Assembly: GCA_038824665.1 (NCBI GenBank)
Contig: JAWBBK010000006.1
Span: 11,306 to 75,305, forward strand
Origin: Acidilobaceae archaeon
Lineage (GTDB): Archaea > Thermoproteota > Thermoprotei_A > Sulfolobales > Acidilobaceae
Reading direction: 5' to 3'
Length of the DNA stretch: 64,000 nucleotides
Shown one piece after another: positions 38,793 through 48,049 of the stretch. Both the position numbers and the translations under genes were made by a program. Within the stretch, counting starts at the first letter, position 1, and the number at the start of each line of letters is the position of its first letter. Below the pieces are notes generated by a model. The model made no database searches. It had not been told where the DNA came from and was given only the letters and a program-made list of their open reading frames with translations.

Positions 38793-39242
38793 TCATTTTT
38801 TAAGCGTTTTGCGAATTTTCTTTAATATGAGTTCTAGAACTGGATCGCCATCTTTCAGCTCTTCATAACTGCGAGGGGGTAGCCATCCAGGAATAATTCT
38901 TCTTAGCTCTTCAAGGCTTACTTTGACGTAGTACTCTGTTGGTCTTTTCACCCAAATGGCTGCAACCCTCCAAGGTCCCTTTACGTACTTCCAGACGTCT
39001 GGCTTCACTCCTGTATGCGGTCCAGCAACGAGAGCCCAGATCTTTTCAGGAGTTCCAACGTCAACCCTTTCAACTTCGAACTCGCCCACTATCTTCTGAA
39101 CGTCTCCGCTTGCATACATAACCATAATTGCTCCTGAAGGAGGAGGCTTTTGCCCTCTCAATCTCCTTAGTTCAACTTTTTTCTCGCCTGTAAGGATCGC
39201 TTTAGCGTACTTAGGTTTTATGCTTAGGATATACATAGTCAT
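38793..39242 (-). CDS. ASCH-domain protein
   Basis: LSIKPKYAKAILTGEKKVELRR, YASGDVQKIVGEF, PPRSY. Confidence 0.88.
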   Translation of the reverse strand: MTMYILSIKPKYAKAILTGEKKVELRRLRGQKPPPSGAIMVMYASGDVQKIVGEFEVERVDVGTPEKIWALVAGPHTGVKPDVWKYVKGPWRVAAIWVKRPTEYYVKVSLEELRRIIPGWLPPRSYEELKDGDPVLELILKKIRKTLKK

Positions 39243-39266
39243 CTCTGCTTCGTCTCGATAGTTAAT

Positions 39267-40319
39267 CTAGACCTCAACACTTAGTCTAGACATAAAGTCT
39301 GCAGGTTTTACGTCATATGTTTTAGATGATAAGATAAGAAGCACGTCTTCTACTTCGAGTCTGAGTAAAACCAAAGGAGCTATAATGAAAGCTGGTCTGT
39401 AGGGATCTCCTATCATTATCTTGTTGGCTATCTTTCGTAGAACTCTGCCTCCTCCTATTAAAGCCCCGCTCAACACTTCATCTAAGGACTCTCCTACAAC
39501 TTTAATATCGAGTGTCTTCCCGAGGTCTTCAGCGAGGTCCTTGAAATGTATAGCTCTACTGTAGACCTCAAGTAGAAATGGAATGTCAAAACCGCATATG
39601 CTGATCGGTCTGAGGATCGTATCCAAAACTTCCAGAGGGACTCCATAAACTTTGCTATGAACCAAACCGGCAAAGAGAAGAGGCTTGAGCCTTGGACATA
39701 GAAGCACCTCGAGATCCTTCAAATCTATAGGACTAAGAGGCTCTAATGTCTCACTATAAATCCTTACTGTATAAGGAGCCGAAAAGACGTAAAGAGGAAC
39801 CTCTAATCTATGCTCCTCTACGAGAGATAGCGCTTCAGAGAGATACGCATGGACCCAAGTGTCCTTAAGCGCTGTCATCATAGACTCTAGGGAAAGCAAC
39901 TTTTCCGGTTCTCTTATTAAGGAATAGACTAGGGTGTCGTAATGCATAGAAGGAAGCCTTTCGTGTAGTGGAGCTTTCAGTTTAACCTTCTGAGCTATTA
40001 TCATTAAATCTTTGAGTTCCTCTTCTCTAGCGAATAGCAAAACCACGTCTTTCAGATATGAAGGGCAAACCTCAGCTAGCTTAAAGACGCTTCTAAAATA
40101 TCCGCGCCATACTGCTGTTTCTGCTTGAAATAAGTTCTTAGCTTCCCTGACTTCGGGATAAAGCGATTCGCCGAGAACAGACACAGCTTTCTCGAAGTCT
40201 TTAGCTAGAGATATTTCTTTGATCACTTCCGGTCTCAGAAGGCGAGTCTTCAGAACTCTCGCTATGACTATAGGCTTAGCATAGTCCAGCGGGGCTATCC
40301 AAGGTAGCTGGATTCTCAA
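39267..40319 (-). CDS. A/V-type ATP synthase subunit C (V0D/AC39-like)
   Basis: DYAKPIVIARVLKTRLL, LGESLY, C-terminal LLRLEVEDVLLIL; 350-aa size fits. Confidence 0.65.
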   Translation of the reverse strand: MRIQLPWIAPLDYAKPIVIARVLKTRLLRPEVIKEISLAKDFEKAVSVLGESLYPEVREAKNLFQAETAVWRGYFRSVFKLAEVCPSYLKDVVLLFAREEELKDLMIIAQKVKLKAPLHERLPSMHYDTLVYSLIREPEKLLSLESMMTALKDTWVHAYLSEALSLVEEHRLEVPLYVFSAPYTVRIYSETLEPLSPIDLKDLEVLLCPRLKPLLFAGLVHSKVYGVPLEVLDTILRPISICGFDIPFLLEVYSRAIHFKDLAEDLGKTLDIKVVGESLDEVLSGALIGGGRVLRKIANKIMIGDPYRPAFIIAPLVLLRLEVEDVLLILSSKTYDVKPADFMSRLSVEV

Positions 40320-40325
40320 TAGAAG

Positions 40326-40667
40326 CTACACCTCTCTTAAAAGTCTCTTAACTTCTTCAAAAGCTACCTCTACGGCTTTATTGAAGTTTTTATTAAATAG
40401 CTCCTCTAACTCTTTGATTTTTCTTTCTGAAGAAACTTCGTGTTCTTCTACGAGCCTCTCAGAGGCTCTTTCAGCCTCTTTGCGGAGCTCTTCTACTACT
40501 TCTTTTAAAACTAGCTCGAGATCTCTCCTCAGGTCTCTTATGTTCTCTTCTGTATATCTCATAATGTCGTTCGCTCTCGTAAGGCTATGCTCGTGAAGAG
40601 CCTTAAGTTGCTCCTCAAACCATATTACAGCCTCAGCTAGCTTTGAAACGCTCACTCTTATCACCAA
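40326..40667 (-). CDS. Coiled-coil protein, likely ATP synthase peripheral-stalk subunit H/G
   Basis: 113-aa E/K/R-rich helix ending NKNFNKAVEVAFEEV, directly before the subunit C-like gene. Confidence 0.55.
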   Translation of the reverse strand: MVIRVSVSKLAEAVIWFEEQLKALHEHSLTRANDIMRYTEENIRDLRRDLELVLKEVVEELRKEAERASERLVEEHEVSSERKIKELEELFNKNFNKAVEVAFEEVKRLLREV

Positions 40668-40713
40668 ACTCCAGAGAGTTTGAAAAGCATAAAGCCTATT
40701 AAGCTAAAAAGTT

Positions 40714-41809
40714 CTAGGACGTCTCTGGCTCTTCAGTTGAACTCTTAGCTGACCGACTTCTTTTCCACATCCTGGGATAAATGCCAGGCTCTAATACCAC
40801 TCTCTCAGGCTCTACCGCTATTCCACGCTCTAGTGATAACATAGCTTCGGCGCTCATAACGGCTCTTCCTAAAGCCACAAGCTCTCCTTTGAGAGTCAAG
40901 AGAGCTACGATATCTCCTCTTCTCACCCTATCGCTAACCATCGCTATTCCGGGCACAGCGAGCCTCGCTCCGTTAACTATGCTCTCTACAGCAGAATCTC
41001 TCAACACGACCTTAGGGAGCGAACACACTAAGTACTCTGCTGGATAAACAACTTTTCTAATAGCGTCTTCCCTATTTTCGGTCTTCCAGAGGTAAACGGC
41101 TTCAGAGAGGTCTTGAAGCTTTACGAGACCTAAGTCCTCTTTAATGGGTCCTGTTCTAGTTCTCCTGAGTTCTCTCATATGTGCGCCTACGCCTAACACT
41201 AAGCCTATGTCCCAACAGAGCTTCCTTATGTACGTTCCGGGGTCCGAAGTTACTCTGAAGACTACATACTTGCCTCTCTTCTCTAAGACCTCTAGCTCGT
41301 AGATCGTCTTAACTCTTATAGCTCTCTTAACGCTACTTCTTAAAGGCGGTCTCTGATATATCCTGCCTCGAAACTCGTTAAAGGCCTTTTTCAGCTCGTC
41401 TTCGCTAACGTCTTCATGAAGTTGCATAACGCAAACGTACTCCTTTGATGAGTGCATGAGAAGTCCTATTATCTTCGTGGCTCTCTCTAGAGCTATTGGT
41501 AATACTCCAGTGACCTTGGGGTGTCCCCGCTCCTTCCAGGAGCTCTAGGGTCCCCCCATGACCTGCCTTCTTCACGCCTAGCAATCTCTTAATCCAAGCC
41601 ACGACCTCATGACTAGTTGGACCCGGAGGTTTGTCTAGAGGTATCATTCCATACTCTATGTACTTGTTTATAGGTCTTTGTGTTGGAAGCCATCCAAATC
41701 TTTCATCAGTCTGCTCTTCTATCTTGACTTCTAACTTCTCTTCAAAACCGCAAGTCTTCGAAAGACTCTTTATGAACTCTAGGCCCGCCTTCGTTAGATC
41801 CATATCCAC
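40714..41809 (-). CDS. cbf5: H/ACA pseudouridine synthase Cbf5, two exons (41809-41545 and 41522-40714)
   Basis: [11 protein letters not shown]...GHGGTL then, after removing 22 nt, DPKVTGVLP; [22 protein letters not shown] domain; spliced length 1074 nt is in frame. Confidence 0.96.
41523..41544 (-). other. 22-nt bulge-helix-bulge pre-mRNA intron in cbf5
   Basis: CCCU AG|A GCUCCU gga AGGAGC GGGG AC|A CCCC; excision restores the catalytic Asp codon G+AC. Confidence 0.93.
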
Positions 41810-41872
41810 CCCTCTAAATCGCTATCTGTAGCAACAATTAGGGTTCAAAACCGTAAAGATCGAGATGAAGGT

Positions 41873-42172
41873 CTACCTTATCTTCATTAAAGGCTTTAGT
41901 CTTTCTTTCATGAACTCGAGAAGGCCTGCTGCTTTAAGAGCTCTCTCTACCTCTTCATCGCTAGCTCCTTTCGATATGTCTATCTTTTTATCTAAAGGTT
42001 CTATGTGACTTATGTTACATCTTTTCCTCTTAACGCCTGAGACGCTCTTAGGGCCCGTAACTAAAACGAAGTTGTTGTCTATTATATCGATTATAACGCA
42101 CTTTCTCCCTGCCTCTCTACCTCTAGTTTTTACACAGATTCGACCGACCTCTATTAGAGGCACTCTATTCAC
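41873..42172 (-). CDS. rpl14e: 50S ribosomal protein L14e
   Basis: [40 protein letters not shown]. Confidence 0.97.
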   Translation of the reverse strand: MNRVPLIEVGRICVKTRGREAGRKCVIIDIIDNNFVLVTGPKSVSGVKRKRCNISHIEPLDKKIDISKGASDEEVERALKAAGLLEFMKERLKPLMKIR

Positions 42173-42183
42173 CTCTGTAGCTT

Positions 42184-42807
42184 CTAGCTCTGAGCACCAC
42201 TCTTATAAGAGTTGTTCTCGTTCTTTAGTTTTGTTTGCTTATTGAGCTTTGCGCTAACCAACCAACGTATTATATGATATGCCTCATCTATAGTGAGTTC
42301 AGATGTATCGAGCACTATATCGAAGTGCGACATATCGATTATGTCGACCCCATAGTACTTTAGAAACCGTCTCCAATGACTTTCCTCTCTAGATATTATC
42401 TCCTCTAGCGCTTCTTCCAGCTTTTTGTTATCTCTAGAAGCTACTCTTCTAGCTCTCACTATTGGATCTGCCTTTACGTAAACAACTACGTCAGCTATGT
42501 GCTTGAGAAGCCATGCTGCCAGATGACTGTCTATCACCACACCTCCTTTACATGCTTCTCGTAGAGTTCTTCTCTCGATCTCGTAATCTATTCTGGGCTC
42601 TCTTTCAGCTAGTTTGTTGAACTCAACTAAGCTCAAGCCTAGTTCCGACGCTAAAGTTCTAAAGACCTCGCCCGTAGTAAAGTGTCTTAGACCAAGGTCG
42701 TTAGCGAGCCTTTCAGCGTAAGTTGATTTGCCTGAACCTGGAGGACCTGTGATAACTATGACTGGACCTGTTTTATTACACTCGCCGCTATCAGCTCCGC
42801 TAGACAT
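42184..42807 (-). CDS. cmk: Cytidylate kinase (archaeal type); start uncertain
   Basis: [37 protein letters not shown]. Confidence 0.92.
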   Translation of the reverse strand: MSSGADSGECNKTGPVIVITGPPGSGKSTYAERLANDLGLRHFTTGEVFRTLASELGLSLVEFNKLAEREPRIDYEIERRTLREACKGGVVIDSHLAAWLLKHIADVVVYVKADPIVRARRVASRDNKKLEEALEEIISREESHWRRFLKYYGVDIIDMSHFDIVLDTSELTIDEAYHIIRWLVSAKLNKQTKLKNENNSYKSGAQS

Positions 42808-43034
42808 GTCGAGCACAAGACACCACCGTATGGTCTATTTGGTCTCTTTTTGCTCTTGCTAAGCCCTTTCAGTTCTGATGGTCTGAGTCTAGGTACCCCG
42901 CCTAACGGTTTTTTGCACCTGCTACACACTGCATATCCAGGCTTTCTTTTCTCATAATGAGTTGTCGTCGAGCCTCCAGGCGTTCTCCTCATGACTCTTC
43001 TGAAGCTTCTAGACCTGAGCTTAGGTCTGACCAT
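42756..43034 (-). CDS. rpl34e: 50S ribosomal protein L34e
   Basis: [29 protein letters not shown]. Confidence 0.97.
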   Translation of the reverse strand: MVRPKLRSRSFRRVMRRTPGGSTTTHYEKRKPGYAVCSRCKKPLGGVPRLRPSELKGLSKSKKRPNRPYGGVLCSTCLAELIAASVIKQVQS

Positions 43035-43126
43035 TACTGAAGCCCTCTCGTTGCAAAGATATCTACGGCTTAAAAAGATAAAGATGAGTAGAGGTTTAGA
43101 GAACGAGGTCGGAGAATTCTGAGTCG

Positions 43127-43561
43127 CTAGCTGTAAGAGGTCTCGCTGAAGACTAGTATTGCCAACATGAATACGAAGAAGTGGATTAACACAACGCTTA
43201 TTTGAGGACCTTTTTCTGTGTTTACGGTCAAAAAAGGTATATCAAAGGGAGCTGGTACCAGGGGTTCTAAGAATAGGGTATAGGCGAAAAGAAGACTAGT
43301 ATAAACGATAGTCACTATAAGAAGTTTAGCTAAAAGAGCTTTGCGTAATAGAGAGACAGCGCTAGAGTATTCTAAAGACCTATTCTTTATGCGTCTTAGA
43401 GACCTCTTGTCTCTAGGAGCTTCTTCTGTTCCCTTGTAACTAGCTACGATCAGACGGGCTTGAGCTACTTTATGTGGTGGAAACAGCTTAGAGTAGATAA
43501 CTAGAGAGATCAAGATAGTGAAAGAAGAACAAACAGTCACAATAAGTGCTGAAAGTCCCAC
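43127..43561 (-). CDS. Three-TM membrane protein, probable DUF106 (EMC3/TMCO1-like) by position
   Basis: TM / basic helix / TM / TM layout between adk and rpl34e. Confidence 0.55.
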   Translation of the reverse strand: MGLSALIVTVCSSFTILISLVIYSKLFPPHKVAQARLIVASYKGTEEAPRDKRSLRRIKNRSLEYSSAVSLLRKALLAKLLIVTIVYTSLLFAYTLFLEPLVPAPFDIPFLTVNTEKGPQISVVLIHFFVFMLAILVFSETSYS

Positions 43562-43563
43562 TC

Positions 43564-44193
43564 TTAGATACCCTTAAGTATTTGAAGAACGCTCTTTGCG
43601 GCTTCTTCTGGCAGACCTTCTTTATTGTAGACAATAGCTACTGTAGAAGCTAAAAGAGTCGCGCTGGAAAAAGCTGAAACTCTAGCGTATTCCATTAGTC
43701 TCTTTATGTCCTCTACCCCACCTATGTCCGATCTGTGTCTACTCTTATCTCTTATTTGACGAGCTAAGACCTCTTCTGGATCTGCTTCGATAAGCACTAT
43801 TGCATCAGGCTTCAATATGTTGATAACATGATAAGGTAGGCCAGGCAAAAATCCTTGTGGAGTCTTTATCAGAGCGTGAGTGTCGACTAGAAGCACTGAG
43901 TCTTGTCCTAGATCTTTCTCGGCGTCATTAATTATCTCTTGAGCGGCTATCGCTTGAAGCTCTAATTGTTTTCTGAGAGGTAGCTTTCTTAGCTCATCTC
44001 TGTTGTTGACGATCTTCTTCTCAATAGCTCTCGAGACCATATAGTCTCCGAAGTTGACTATCTTCAGTCTAACTCCAGAACTCTCGGCAAGCTTAGAGAG
44101 ATGTGCTAAGACTGTTGACTTCCCTACACCAGGAACTCCAACAACAACAACTACCTTGAATTTGTTTCTGCTAGGACCGGAACCTCCCATCAC
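43564..44193 (-). CDS. adkA: Adenylate kinase (archaeal type)
   Basis: GVPGVGKST, VNFGDYM, RDELRKL, VDTHA, GFLPGLP. Confidence 0.96.
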   Translation of the reverse strand: MMGGSGPSRNKFKVVVVVGVPGVGKSTVLAHLSKLAESSGVRLKIVNFGDYMVSRAIEKKIVNNRDELRKLPLRKQLELQAIAAQEIINDAEKDLGQDSVLLVDTHALIKTPQGFLPGLPYHVINILKPDAIVLIEADPEEVLARQIRDKSRHRSDIGGVEDIKRLMEYARVSAFSSATLLASTVAIVYNKEGLPEEAAKSVLQILKGI

Positions 44194-45563
44194 TCCTCAC
44201 CCAAAAGCTTTCTGAGAGCTGGATACATTTCTAGAGTTCTATCTCGCACGATTATTGCATAGTATTGCTGAACTATACCGACGGAAAGAAGTAGGCCTGT
44301 TGCAGAACCGTAACAACCTAACGTGTCGCCTATGATGACTATTGAAACCACTATGAGGCTAGAGAGCAACGTTAATGGATATATGTATTCAGCTAGGAGG
44401 TCTTCTAAGATCTTCACGTTCCTCCTCATTCCAGGTATCTCTAGGCCACTTTTTATTATGTTTTCAGCCTGTCCTCTCGGATTGAGATCTGAAACCGTTA
44501 TCCACATAAAACCGAGAATTACTGCCATGATCGTCCAACTTACTGCAAAGGTGATAACCCTAATTGGGTCTGCTACAGCGGAAACGATTCCATGAGGTGG
44601 GCTCATATAGTATACCAAAGTCCTGAGAGCCTCAGAGACTGCGCTCTCAGGCCTGAAACTACTCACTATGCTTTCTATGAGTTGAAGGTCTGCAACTATT
44701 ATACCTACTAAAAGAATGGGTATATTAGTCACGTAAATCAGTTGTAAAGGAACTCTGCTCTTAAGACCAGCGAACCTACCGATAGCTACAGGGATCTCTA
44801 TCTTAGACCCCTGGAGGTATATTAATGTTACAATCAAAAACATTGTAGTAAAGAATCCTGTGACATCGGGATATCCTTCTGGTCTCGCGAGTATAATTGC
44901 ATCCCTTTCAGCTATCAAAGCTGGAATCAGACCATAGTATATTGTGCCCCTATCTGTCGTTATGAAGCCAAAGATCTGCCACAACAGAGTGTGTGCAACT
45001 CCAGCTAATATGAACAGACTTATGGCACTGCCAACCCCCCACCCTTTTTGAAGAGTTTCGTCGAAAAGTATCACAAGAAAAGCCCCAAGAACCAGCTGAA
45101 CCACAACCAAAGCCATTTGTGGATAGCTTGGAACGATGCCTGTATTCGCCCAATAGTATTTGCTCGCCACAATGCCTATAGCTTGAACTATTGCTATGAA
45201 TAAGGCGAGAGTCTTCATAGCTCCCGTGAACTTCTTTCTATCCTCAGGTTTCGTCATATCCAGATTAAGTAGTTTTGCGCCGACGAGGATCTGGAGTATG
45301 AGACCTGCTGTAACGATAGGACCGATGCCTAACTCCATAAGAGTTCCTTGCGAGCTGGCGAAAATGATCCTTAAGAGGTGGATCTGTTGTACCGCTTCCT
45401 CTTCTCTCGGTATTCCATAAAGAGGTATATTGGCCAGAATAAAGTATATGACCAATATGATGCCTGTCATAGCCAGTCTCTTATCTAGAGTGGGTCTTTG
45501 TTTTGGTTTTTCTACAGACGGTAGGAGTTCGCTCAACTTGGTTATTACATCGAATATGCCCAA
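44190..45563 (-). CDS. secY: Preprotein translocase subunit SecY
   Basis: GTLMELGIGPIVTAGLILQ, GWGVGSAISLFI, YVTNIPI, IPGMRRN, GSATGLLLSVGI. Confidence 0.97.
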   Translation of the reverse strand: MGIFDVITKLSELLPSVEKPKQRPTLDKRLAMTGIILVIYFILANIPLYGIPREEEAVQQIHLLRIIFASSQGTLMELGIGPIVTAGLILQILVGAKLLNLDMTKPEDRKKFTGAMKTLALFIAIVQAIGIVASKYYWANTGIVPSYPQMALVVVQLVLGAFLVILFDETLQKGWGVGSAISLFILAGVAHTLLWQIFGFITTDRGTIYYGLIPALIAERDAIILARPEGYPDVTGFFTTMFLIVTLIYLQGSKIEIPVAIGRFAGLKSRVPLQLIYVTNIPILLVGIIVADLQLIESIVSSFRPESAVSEALRTLVYYMSPPHGIVSAVADPIRVITFAVSWTIMAVILGFMWITVSDLNPRGQAENIIKSGLEIPGMRRNVKILEDLLAEYIYPLTLLSSLIVVSIVIIGDTLGCYGSATGLLLSVGIVQQYYAIIVRDRTLEMYPALRKLLGEE

Positions 45564-45650
45564 ACTCCTCCACCAAGCCCGATAAGTTGAAGCTTTAGGT
45601 CTAGAATCTAAAAGCCTTATTTAGCCCGACAACTCTCCTTGAACTAAGGT

Positions 45651-45738
45651 GCGGGGGTGCCCGAGCCTGGTCAAAGGGGTCGGGCTTAGGACCCGATGGC
45701 GTAGGCCTGCGTGGGTTCAAATCCCACCCCCCGCACCA
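45651..45738 (+). tRNA. tRNA-Leu(UAG), long variable arm, encoded CCA
   Basis: GCGGGGG TG CCC GAGCCTGGTCAAA GGG G TCGGG CT TAG GA CCCGA TGGCGTAGGCCTGC GTGGG TTCAAAT CCCAC CCCCCGC A CCA. Confidence 0.97.
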
Positions 45739-45745
45739 TGTGTAT

Positions 45746-46888
45746 TTACAGGCTTTCTACAGGCTCTCTGAACATAACTCTGAAGATCCTTGGAGAGGCT
45801 AGCGTAAGCACGAGTATTGCAAGAAGAGGAACAACCCCATATTTTGTCATTATGTATGGAGTTATTACGGTAAAAACCATGGATATTAAGGAAGCGATAG
45901 AAAGACTTCTTAAAGCCTCCCGCGGCTTTCTGTTCAAGACGAAGTCTATCATGGATAGCTGAGCTAGCATCATGCTGGTTCCCCCGAGGGCCAGCTGAGC
46001 CAGTAGGTAAAGCTGGGATTGATGCTCCAGATACCTGAGCAAAAGCGCTGTCGAAACTAAGAGGTTCGCCAAAACGAAACCGGCTTTAATTAAAGACAGA
46101 ATTGCTCCTGCTAAAGACCCTATAGAGAAGAAGGCAAGCACAAGACTTCTATCATCTGCTGAGAAGCTCGATAGCAATGTAATTCTCAAAGAAGCCGCTA
46201 TAGCTATAACTATCGAAAATCTAAGCATCTCTAAACAGAACAGCCTATTGTTCAGGATTTCAGTCTCACCACTGAAGAGCGCTTCTTCTAGCCTTTCTAC
46301 TAAGATCGACACCGATTTGATGTTGCTAAAAGGTATTGGTGGAGAAAAAATCAACCTTAGCGACGTAAGGAGCAATAGCGAACAAAAAAGTGAAAACATC
46401 ATAACAGAGACCGGTAACGATAAAGGAGCTGAGATCAGAACTAATATCACAACTCCTATCTGAGTTGAGGCATAGAACGTAGCGATAGCCTTGACCCATT
46501 CGTCAAAGTCCACGCTTTCTAGCACTGAAACTATTAAAGCGGGTATGATTAAAGCCTGCGCTATCGATGAAATAGCGTAAAGAAAGAAGATGGTGGTTTC
46601 ATCTATAGACTTTTTCGTAATCACTAGCCATAATGAGAATAAAGCTAGAAGAAGCAGAAAAGTAGATGTAGCCGCTACCGCTCTAGTCCTGCTTCCTCTC
46701 GACAAGAAGTAACGAAGAACGATAAACTTAGCTAAACCCAGCCCGACCAAGCTAAGCGCAGAAAGCGCGCTAAAGCCTGCGCTCCAACCTATTAACCGAC
46801 TAGAATGAAAATACAATACTTCGAATTCTAAGTACATCCAAAGACTCGTCGCTAAAGATGAAGCGATAACGAGTCTTAACCACCACAT
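45746..46888 (-). CDS. Polytopic membrane protein, MFS-like topology
   Basis: About 12 hydrophobic segments in two halves separated by a polar linker. Confidence 0.65.
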   Translation of the reverse strand: MWWLRLVIASSLATSLWMYLEFEVLYFHSSRLIGWSAGFSALSALSLVGLGLAKFIVLRYFLSRGSRTRAVAATSTFLLLLALFSLWLVITKKSIDETTIFFLYAISSIAQALIIPALIVSVLESVDFDEWVKAIATFYASTQIGVVILVLISAPLSLPVSVMMFSLFCSLLLLTSLRLIFSPPIPFSNIKSVSILVERLEEALFSGETEILNNRLFCLEMLRFSIVIAIAASLRITLLSSFSADDRSLVLAFFSIGSLAGAILSLIKAGFVLANLLVSTALLLRYLEHQSQLYLLAQLALGGTSMMLAQLSMIDFVLNRKPREALRSLSIASLISMVFTVITPYIMTKYGVVPLLAILVLTLASPRIFRVMFREPVESL

Positions 46889-47076
46889 GCTTATCCCCTT
46901 TTTAAGCTTTGTACACGCTAAAACAGCCCTATCATCTATAGCATCTTCAAGAATCAGAGGAATGTGACGCCTATAAGAATGCTACAGATAGTTTGTTTTT
47001 GTAAAAGAGAAGAAGTAAAAGCCTTCATAAACCAGATAAGCCTCCACAGAACATAATCAAATCAAAATGGTGCTAC

Positions 47077-47256
47077 TTGTTGAGTTTAGATAAATCGATC
47101 TACGAGAGAGTTCTGTCCTCTTTCAAAAAGAAGGCTGAGGAAAGCCTTAATATAAGACGAGCTAAGGTCAGAGAGAGGTATAAGCAGTACGTTCAAGAAC
47201 TCGAAGAGAAATTTAACAACATAGCGGAGACTTTTTCTTCAATGTTGAGAGAATAA
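47077..47256 (+). CDS. 59-aa helical protein below the ORF-track cutoff, possibly A-type ATPase epsilon-like
   Basis: GGTG before TTG TTG; MLSLDKSIYERVLSSFKKKAEESLNIRRAKVRERYKQYVQELEEKFNNIAETFSSMLRE*. Confidence 0.65.
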   Translation: MLSLDKSIYERVLSSFKKKAEESLNIRRAKVRERYKQYVQELEEKFNNIAETFSSMLRE

Positions 47257-47300
47257 ATTCTAAGCGTTCTTAAAGAGGCTTTCATCTCTTAAGACATATC

Positions 47301-47540
47301 TCAGCTTTTAGTTAACAGATAGTATATGACCATTAAAACGAGAGCTAAGGCTATAAGCACTACAGCTATAGCGGGCGACGTAGCCACCACTATAGGAATG
47401 GGGCCTATCATAATTACTCCTCCGCCTTCAAGCTTTTCTGAATAGCCCTTACCCAATACCGACATAAAGATCCCGATGAACACCAAAGCCATTCCTAAAA
47501 ATATTAAGATCACGCCTAAGATCGCTAGCTTCTCCCACAT
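47301..47540 (-). CDS. DUF131/TIGR00304-family small membrane protein
   Basis: MWEKLAILG...EGGGVIMIGPIPIV; the longer ORF-track call runs into the SRP RNA. Confidence 0.85.
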   Translation of the reverse strand: MWEKLAILGVILIFLGMALVFIGIFMSVLGKGYSEKLEGGGVIMIGPIPIVVATSPAIAVVLIALALVLMVIYYLLTKS

Positions 47541-47610
47541 TCCGACCTCTGCCCCTATCCTATATCGTTTAGAGTCTTTTGGTTTAAATACCGCAGGCCT
47601 AAAGAGCTGA

Positions 47611-47933
47611 GGCGCACGGACTCCGACCGCCTTACAAGAGTTCCCGGGGTCCTCCAAGGTGACCGTCAGCCCGCTGACCCCGTGAACGTCTGCGTCTGGG
47701 GATAGGTTGCTCCCTTCCGGGCCTGGCCAGGTTTCCCCAGCTAAGGCTGTAGTCGCGGCTCTCCAGCCGCGACCCAGCCTCCACAGACCCCACGGGACGG
47801 GCTTCATTCAGCTCCCCCCTAGAGGTTCCTCGGGAACTCCTGTAAGGCGGTCGGATTACTGGCCCCTGCCTTACGCCTTCAGGCGGCCTTTAAAGCCGGG
47901 GGATCGGCGAACCCCCAGCCCTTCCCGTGCGCC
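47611..47933 (-). ncRNA. ffs: Signal recognition particle (7S) RNA
   Basis: Helix 8 motif GGCCAGGCCCGGAAGGGAGCAACC, helix 6 GGAG-loop hairpin, terminal helix GGCGCACGG/CCGUGCGCC, long helix 5; 323 nt. Confidence 0.95.
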
Positions 47934-48049
47934 ACTATATCACGTCTTCATAGGGAGTTAAGTGTTTTTACTACACATCCTCTCGAGCATTCTTTATCAA
48001 ATTTTTATTTTTAGTCTTCTTATTAAGAACACTTAGTTTGGAGAAAAAG

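Noticed and set aside
40714-41809. cbf5 as a frameshifted pseudogene or two separate genes
   Set aside because: Fully explained by the 22-nt BHB intron
45651-47300. Integrated element at tRNA-Leu (likewise at tRNA-His and tRNA-Arg)
   Set aside because: No integrase and no duplicated tRNA 3' end (att site) seen in the window
47541-47961. N-terminal extension of ORF 47301..47807 and ORF 47707..47961
   Set aside because: Both overlap the SRP RNA; the membrane protein starts at ATG 47540
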